Below, one piece after another: positions 58,087-64,000 of a stretch of DNA of 64,000 bases (position 1 is its first letter; each line of letters starts with the position of its first letter). This stretch comes from a virus (Duplodnaviria > Caudoviricetes), in the IMG/VR virus record IMGVR_UViG_3300021964_009400; one strand, written 5' to 3'. Both the position numbers and the translations under genes were made by a program. The notes under the pieces were generated by a model. That model was not told the DNA's origin and did not search any database. It was given only the letters and a program-made list of their open reading frames with translations.

Positions 58087-58290
58087 ATGGCATTACAATA
58101 TAATATTTGTGATATTGATGGAAACATTATAGATGAAAATGTTTCAATTGATATAATCAACGAAAAACTTGAAGGAGATGTAAATATATTTTGGGACGAT
58201 GAAGGATTAGTTGAAAGACTAAAAGAAGGAGACGAAGATGTTTCAGAACATTTACTTATTAAAACAATAGAAATAGACGAAGAGGAATAA
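58087..58290 (+). CDS. small acidic protein
   Basis: 67 aa, GAGGAG upstream. Confidence 0.7.
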   Translation: MALQYNICDIDGNIIDENVSIDIINEKLEGDVNIFWDDEGLVERLKEGDEDVSEHLLIKTIEIDEEE

Positions 58291-58293
58291 GAT

Positions 58294-58482
58294 ATGGCTT
58301 CACTTGAAGAATTATATAATAAATCTGAGTTTTCTAAATTAGGAAAATCTAACAAAGATAAAACACCTTTATCAGCTGGCGATTACGAAGTTTCTGGTTT
58401 GCAAAAAAATGAAAAGCAACTTAACAAAGCCAGAGGTGGAAAGCTTAATTTAAAGAAATATTCTGATTCTGTAAAACTATAA
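58294..58482 (+). CDS. small basic protein
   Basis: 62 aa. Confidence 0.7.
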   Translation: MASLEELYNKSEFSKLGKSNKDKTPLSAGDYEVSGLQKNEKQLNKARGGKLNLKKYSDSVKL

Positions 58483-58492
58483 ATTCTCTAAT

Positions 58493-59074
58493 TTGAGTTT
58501 ACTTATAAACCATTACTCAAAATGGGCATTCGTTCATATACCAAAAACTGGTGGAACATCATTAACAAACATTTTATTAAAAGATAAAAATACCGAACAA
58601 GTTTCGGTGCACGATTCTTTAAGAATGTTAGATGCTGATTCCTCTTACTATATTTTTACAATAGTAAGAAATCCATTTACTCGAATATGTAGTGCTTTTG
58701 AAGATGAGTATAGAAAAGGAAATACCAAACACGATTTTAGCTTTTATCTAAAAAATATTGACGAAACAAATGTTTGGTTGTTACCTCAAAGTTACTTTAT
58801 TGAGGCGGGAAAAACAAAAAATAAAAAAGTTTCATTCATAGGAAGATATGAAAACTATGATACTGATTGTAATCAAATTTTACAAAAATTAAAATATTCA
58901 GAAAAAATTCCGCATCTTAACCGAAATCCAATATATGATAGACATCCAAATTTAAATCAAGAACAGTATTATAGTAAAATATATTACACAGAAGATTGGA
59001 TGATAGATTGGGTAAAAGAAAGGTACGAAAATGATTTTAAAATTCTTAACTATGGCATGGAATTACCAAGGTAG
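58493..59074 (+). CDS. sulfotransferase family 2 (carbohydrate sulfotransferase-like)
   Basis: FVHIPKTGGTS, FTIVRNPF.R..SAF, LLPQ, FIGRYEN. Confidence 0.88.
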   Translation: MSLLINHYSKWAFVHIPKTGGTSLTNILLKDKNTEQVSVHDSLRMLDADSSYYIFTIVRNPFTRICSAFEDEYRKGNTKHDFSFYLKNIDETNVWLLPQSYFIEAGKTKNKKVSFIGRYENYDTDCNQILQKLKYSEKIPHLNRNPIYDRHPNLNQEQYYSKIYYTEDWMIDWVKERYENDFKILNYGMELPR

Positions 59075-59498
59075 AACAATAACAGAAATTTCTGATATGC
59101 CCGAGGGGACTATCGGATTTATATACAAAATAACAAATCACCAAACAGGTCAATACTATATAGGGAAAAAATCTTTATATGCAAAAAGAACACTACCACC
59201 ACTAAAAGGGTATAAAAGAAAACGAAAGGTAATCAAAGAATCCAAATGGATAGATTATCGTTCTTCAAATCCATCAGTACAATTATGGTTTCATGAACAC
59301 GAGGCTGCAAAATTAGATGGTAATCGAGATAAAATAAATGATAGTTTGGAGTTAAAAATACTTAGATTTTGTAAAACACCAAAATCATTAACTTATTATG
59401 AAGTAGAAGAATTGTTTCAAAATAAGGTTTTAGAAGATAAATTATCGTTAAATGATAATATATTAGGCAAATTTTTTAGAAAAGATTTGGATATTTAA
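59052..59498 (+). CDS. GIY-YIG nuclease domain protein
   Basis: GFIYKITN..TGQYYIGKK; ATG 59052. Confidence 0.8.
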   Translation: MAWNYQGRTITEISDMPEGTIGFIYKITNHQTGQYYIGKKSLYAKRTLPPLKGYKRKRKVIKESKWIDYRSSNPSVQLWFHEHEAAKLDGNRDKINDSLELKILRFCKTPKSLTYYEVEELFQNKVLEDKLSLNDNILGKFFRKDLDI

Positions 59499-59517
59499 AT
59501 TATTTTTCGTATATTTG
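59486..59517 (+). promoter_or_regulatory. Bacteroidota sigma-A-type promoter
   Basis: TTTG-N20-TATATTTG upstream of the primase. Confidence 0.8.
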
Positions 59518-59537
59518 TATAGTTTTAAGTAGTAACC

Positions 59538-60482
59538 ATGCTTTCACAACACGATAAACAACAAGTTATAACAATATTAGATGAGGTATTGGGTGTAGGT
59601 ACATCCATGAAAGGAGATGAACAGGCTCACTATTGTCCTTTCTGTCATCATCATAAGAAAAAGTTACAAGTTAATTTGATAAATCAATATTGGCATTGTT
59701 GGGTTTGTGATGCAAAAGGAAGAAAGATACAGAGGTTATTAAAACGACTTCATGTAGATTCTCGCAAATTAAAGAAAATATATGAAATCTATGGAGATGA
59801 TTATGTAGTTTATTCTAAAGATACCGAAGATGAAAAGGTAGAATTGAGGTTACCTAACGAGTTTCAGTCACTTTTAAAGATACCAAAGGGTAAAGTTAAC
59901 CCTTTATATAGAAAGGCATTAAAATATGCAGACGAACGAGGAATTACTAAAGAAGATATTAGAAGATATAATATCGGTTATTGTGATTCTGGTCATTATG
60001 CCAATCGTATTATTATTCCTTCTTATGATAGAGATAACAGACTCAATTACTTCATCGCGAGGTCTGTATTTAGTGAGGAGAAATTTAAATACAAAAATCC
60101 ACCAGTTTCGAAAAATGTTATCATGTTCGAAAACCAAATAAATTGGAATGAACCAATAACATTAGTAGAAGGTGTATTTGATGCATTGACAGTTAAACGA
60201 AACGCAATACCAATACTAGGAAAATTCATACCAAAAAAATTATCCGATGCGATACTTAAAAATGGAGTAAGTAGTATTAATATTTTATTAGATGAAGACG
60301 CACAACAAGAAGCATTAAGATATACTATGCAATTTAGTAATCAAGGCATTAGTACAAAAAACATAATTCCATCAGATAAAGATGCATCTGAAATGGGTTT
60401 TAAAGAAGTAAACGAAAAACTAAAACAAACAAAAGAGACTGGTTTTGAAGATATCATATTACAAAAATTAAAAGGATTATGA
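59538..60482 (+). CDS. dnaG: DNA primase (zinc finger plus TOPRIM)
   Basis: CPFCH..., WHCWVC, KYKNP, LVEGVFDAL, LDEDA. Confidence 0.9.
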   Translation: MLSQHDKQQVITILDEVLGVGTSMKGDEQAHYCPFCHHHKKKLQVNLINQYWHCWVCDAKGRKIQRLLKRLHVDSRKLKKIYEIYGDDYVVYSKDTEDEKVELRLPNEFQSLLKIPKGKVNPLYRKALKYADERGITKEDIRRYNIGYCDSGHYANRIIIPSYDRDNRLNYFIARSVFSEEKFKYKNPPVSKNVIMFENQINWNEPITLVEGVFDALTVKRNAIPILGKFIPKKLSDAILKNGVSSINILLDEDAQQEALRYTMQFSNQGISTKNIIPSDKDASEMGFKEVNEKLKQTKETGFEDIILQKLKGL

Positions 60483-61621
60483 TTCATGTAATACCACATC
60501 ATATTGGAAAAGGTTCATACGCTGCATGGTATGATGTTATAGATTTTGAAACAGAAACTCAAGAAGTTAAATTTCATAAGTTTGATAATAGTGTTTCTAT
60601 TGAAGATAAATACATTTTTGAAGAACAACCACCAAACAATGATTATTTTAAATTATTAGAATCACATATACAAGAAATAAAACCAAAACCAAATGATTGG
60701 ATTGTTTGTGATTTTCAATATTTAAATTACCAAGAACAACCTGATAATGAAATAATTAAATTAGCAGAAAAATATAAAGTTAAATTTGTTTTCATAGATG
60801 ATGATAATTATCAATGTTTTATGGATACTAAATATTTTACATTTCACTCTAATAAATTTTATTTAAAGGATTCAACAAAGGTTTTCAACTATTACAGATA
60901 TAGAATACCACACACAGATTTTTATAAAAATCTTGATACTATTCACATTCCATTTTTTGATAACATAAGAGAAAAAAAATTAAATATGTTTGTTGGTGTG
61001 GATAAAAAAGAAAGATTTGAAGTATTTAAGCATATACATAATATAGGTTTAGATAAGGATTCATATCTTGCATATAGTGCATTTACAAGCAATTATTCAG
61101 ATGATGAGTTATCTTCGGATTTATTAAAATGGAAAAAACAATATATACCAAAAATATTAGATACACCACTTAAAAAAAGCTCTCATGGTGGAGTAAATCC
61201 AGACATACCACCATTACCATATTGTATGAATAGTTATGTTTCTTGTATATTAGAAACACAACTAATGATTGATACTGATAATATAGAAATACACTTAAGT
61301 GAAAAAAGTTGGAATCCTTTTGCATCATTTAATATACCACTTTATCTATGTGCACATGGAACTCGTAGATATTTAAAAAGACATGGATTTTGGTTGGCAT
61401 CTGATTTATTTGATACAACTGAAAAAAACTCAAGAAGAGAAATAATTGAACAATTTAAATCTAATTTAGATATTATAAATAAAATGTCTAAGGAAGAACT
61501 ACGAAAATATTATACAAATAATTGGAATAAAATCCAAAACAATTATAATAAGTTGATGAAACAAAAATTTACATTTAGTAAAAAAAATTATATTCAACCA
61601 AAATATAAAACAATTTTATGA
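60479..61621 (+). CDS. putative glycosyltransferase (paralog family of 4226..5530)
   Basis: SCILET..HLSEKSWNPF...IPLY...G...LKRHGF.L..DLFD. Confidence 0.5.
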   Translation: MIHVIPHHIGKGSYAAWYDVIDFETETQEVKFHKFDNSVSIEDKYIFEEQPPNNDYFKLLESHIQEIKPKPNDWIVCDFQYLNYQEQPDNEIIKLAEKYKVKFVFIDDDNYQCFMDTKYFTFHSNKFYLKDSTKVFNYYRYRIPHTDFYKNLDTIHIPFFDNIREKKLNMFVGVDKKERFEVFKHIHNIGLDKDSYLAYSAFTSNYSDDELSSDLLKWKKQYIPKILDTPLKKSSHGGVNPDIPPLPYCMNSYVSCILETQLMIDTDNIEIHLSEKSWNPFASFNIPLYLCAHGTRRYLKRHGFWLASDLFDTTEKNSRREIIEQFKSNLDIINKMSKEELRKYYTNNWNKIQNNYNKLMKQKFTFSKKNYIQPKYKTIL

Positions 61622-64000
61622 TTATAAATAAGGTTTATCATTTGGCAGATTTGCATATTAGAAATCTCCAAAGACATAAAGAATATCGTTTAGTATTCAA
61701 AAAGTTTTTAAAACAAGTTAAACAAGATAAAATAGAAGATTCGGTTATTTATATCGCTGGTGATATTGCACATGCTAAAACAGAGATGTCACCAGAGTTA
61801 ATAAAAGAAATTTCATGGTTTCTAACAGAATGTTCTAAATTAAGAGAAACTATAATAATTACAGGTAATCACGATTGTAATTTAAACAATTCACATAGAT
61901 TGGATGTTTTATCACCCATCGTTGAGAATTTAAATAATCCAAGAATACATTACTTAAAAGATACTGGTGTTTATAATATCCATAATCTTACTTTCTGTGT
62001 GTATTCTATTTTAGATGATAAAGAAAACTGGCCAAAAGGAAAAGATGTAAATGGAGAAAATACAATCTGTTTATTTCATGGACCAGTAAACAAAGCACAA
62101 ACTGATATTGGATATACAGTTTCCTCTAATTCATTCCAAGTGGATATGTTTGATGGATTCGATATGGCAATGTTAGGTGATATTCACAAGAGACAAACAT
62201 TTGGTAAAGGATACGAGTGGGTTGCCTACGCAGGTTCAATGATTCAACAGAATCATGGAGAACTACTCGAAAATCATGGTTACTTATTATGGGATATTCC
62301 CACTCGAACCTTTACTGAACATCATATACACAATGATTATGGATTCTTAACAGTTGATGTAGTAAATGGTAAGATACCTCAATGGGTGTATGATGAAGTT
62401 GGTACTAAACTTCCAAAGTATCCAAGATTAAGATTGAGATTCACAAGAACAGAAGCTTCTGATATGAAAAGAAGAATAACTGAACTAAAAAAGTTATTCA
62501 AAGTTGCTGAAGTTACTGTAACGAGAACCGATACAATCGGACAATTAAAAACAAATCAAAAGGTAAATAAAAACATTGTTGGTGATGTTAAAAATGAAAC
62601 ATTTCAAAACTCACTCATTCGAGATTACTTAGAAAGACAGTATCTATTAGAAAACGAAGAATTAGATAAGATACAAGAAATAAATTCAGAATTAAATTCA
62701 CAGATAGATGATTCAGATTCAATGGGTAATATTCTGTGGACACCAAAAACTTTTGAATTCTCTAATATGTTTTCATATGGAGAAAATAATTTAGTTCGAT
62801 TTGATAAAGCACAAGGTATTATGGGTATCTTTGCTCCCAACGCATCAGGTAAATCTTCTATGTGGGATGCTTTATCTTTCTGTATCTATGATAAAACTTC
62901 TCGTACAACCTCATCTAAAAACATTTTAAATAATCGTAGGGATAACTTTTATTGTAAGTTTAACTTTGAGATAGATGGAATAAATTACTTTATTGAAAGA
63001 CGTGCTAAGTGGACAAGAAAGCAAACCAATCTTAAAGTAGATGTATCTTTTTGGAGAGAAACTGGTGGAGTTATAGAATCACTCAATGGAGAACAACGAA
63101 GAGAAACTAACAAGAACATTGAAAAGTATTTAGGTAAGTTTGAGGATTTTGTACTAACAACACTTTCACTACAAGGAAATAATGCTTTATTTATTGATAA
63201 ATCACAATCGGAAAGAAAAGAAATTCTTTCTCAATTTATTGGAGTAGATATCTTTGATAAATTATATCAAAAGGCAAGTGATGAAAATAGGGATAATGCA
63301 ACACTTATCAGAAAATTCAAGTCTGATGATTTTACACAAAAATTAGCGGACATCGACACTGATTTAAAAGAAAACAAAAATGAATATAAATTAATAGAAT
63401 TAAGTCAAAAAGCATTAAAAGAAGAAGAAGAACTTTTAAACAAAAAGATTATATCCCTAAACGAGAAAATCGTTAAGTTGAATGCTGATAGTGGAGTTTC
63501 AATCGAAGAATTAGAAAAGAGATTAGGAATCCTCGAAAATAAAAAAGGAGATATTGAAACCTCGAAAAGTTCTATACAAGATAGGATTACTCATAGAGAA
63601 GAATTACAAATTCAATTAGAAGAAATCTTAGATAAATTTGATGAAGAAGATTTAGAAGAAGGAATTACAAAATTAAAAATATTTAAAAAAGATTTATCTA
63701 ACAATGATTTAGAAATTCAAAAAATTTCTATTAAACTAGAAACATTATACGAAAGAAAAGACCATTTAGATTCTCACAAATATAATGAAGATTGTGATGT
63801 TTGTATGGAAAATTCTAAATCTATTTTAGAAACAAAAGATGAAGTTAATACTAAAATAAAAGAAAATGAAGAAACTCTACAAGAGTTTGAAAAGCAAAAG
63901 TTAAATTTAAATATTGAAATAGATTCTTTAAAAGATTACGAAAAAGAATGGAGTAATTTCCAAGAAGCAAAAGAAAAAGAAGATAAGATAGATAGAGAGA
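61618..64000 (+). CDS. Mre11/SbcD nuclease fused to Rad50/SbcC ATPase (3'-truncated by window end)
   Basis: Open frame from ATG 61618 to the window end: ADLH, AGDI, GNHD, LFHG, GDIH, then FSNMFSYG, Walker A APNASGKS, QGNN Q-loop and coiled coil. Checked stop-free across the junction. Confidence 0.9.
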   Translation, partial: MIINKVYHLADLHIRNLQRHKEYRLVFKKFLKQVKQDKIEDSVIYIAGDIAHAKTEMSPELIKEISWFLTECSKLRETIIITGNHDCNLNNSHRLDVLSPIVENLNNPRIHYLKDTGVYNIHNLTFCVYSILDDKENWPKGKDVNGENTICLFHGPVNKAQTDIGYTVSSNSFQVDMFDGFDMAMLGDIHKRQTFGKGYEWVAYAGSMIQQNHGELLENHGYLLWDIPTRTFTEHHIHNDYGFLTVDVVNGKIPQWVYDEVGTKLPKYPRLRLRFTRTEASDMKRRITELKKLFKVAEVTVTRTDTIGQLKTNQKVNKNIVGDVKNETFQNSLIRDYLERQYLLENEELDKIQEINSELNSQIDDSDSMGNILWTPKTFEFSNMFSYGENNLVRFDKAQGIMGIFAPNASGKSSMWDALSFCIYDKTSRTTSSKNILNNRRDNFYCKFNFEIDGINYFIERRAKWTRKQTNLKVDVSFWRETGGVIESLNGEQRRETNKNIEKYLGKFEDFVLTTLSLQGNNALFIDKSQSERKEILSQFIGVDIFDKLYQKASDENRDNATLIRKFKSDDFTQKLADIDTDLKENKNEYKLIELSQKALKEEEELLNKKIISLNEKIVKLNADSGVSIEELEKRLGILENKKGDIETSKSSIQDRITHREELQIQLEEILDKFDEEDLEEGITKLKIFKKDLSNNDLEIQKISIKLETLYERKDHLDSHKYNEDCDVCMENSKSILETKDEVNTKIKENEETLQEFEKQKLNLNIEIDSLKDYEKEWSNFQEAKEKEDKIDRE

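Noticed and set aside
59052-59498. GIY-YIG ORF as a mobile homing endonuclease
   Set aside because: It is short, lacks C-terminal DNA-binding repeats and has no intron context. It is kept as a nuclease CDS only.

Overview
A 64 kb slice of an AT-rich (roughly 28-30% GC, estimated by eye) large tailed phage genome with a T4-like contractile-tail baseplate. Essentially all real genes lie on the + strand and read in standard code 11. The host is inferred to be Bacteroidota (Flavobacteria-like) from eight copies of a (T/A)T(T/A)G-N19/20-TATATTT(G/A) promoter. 1-38 kb is accessory and metabolic: four tRNAs, ThyA, dCMP deaminase, 5'-nucleotidase, HD hydrolase, UvsE, helicase, PhoH, MetK, peptide deformylase, Hsp20, PspC, a gp55-like late sigma factor, many small membrane or lipoproteins, and a large set of tailoring enzymes (glycosyltransferase-like proteins, sulfotransferases, carbamoyltransferase, FkbM methyltransferase, SGNH protein, cytidylyltransferase, 2OG-Fe(II) oxygenases, B12 radical SAM). 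39-58 kb is the baseplate/tail module. 58-64 kb holds a GIY-YIG nuclease, DNA primase and an Mre11-Rad50 fusion that runs off the window. The most notable observations are: (i) a strongly enriched [S/T]-G-S tripeptide confined to a subset of late/virion proteins, alongside a glycan-tailoring enzyme set (candidate virion glycosylation system); (ii) a late-expressed protein with a circularly permuted ATP-grasp-like N-terminus and two tandem Hint domains, followed by tailoring genes; (iii) a ~200 nt structured non-coding RNA with its own late promoter and terminator (6S-like candidate). All family assignments come from motif recognition, not database searches.
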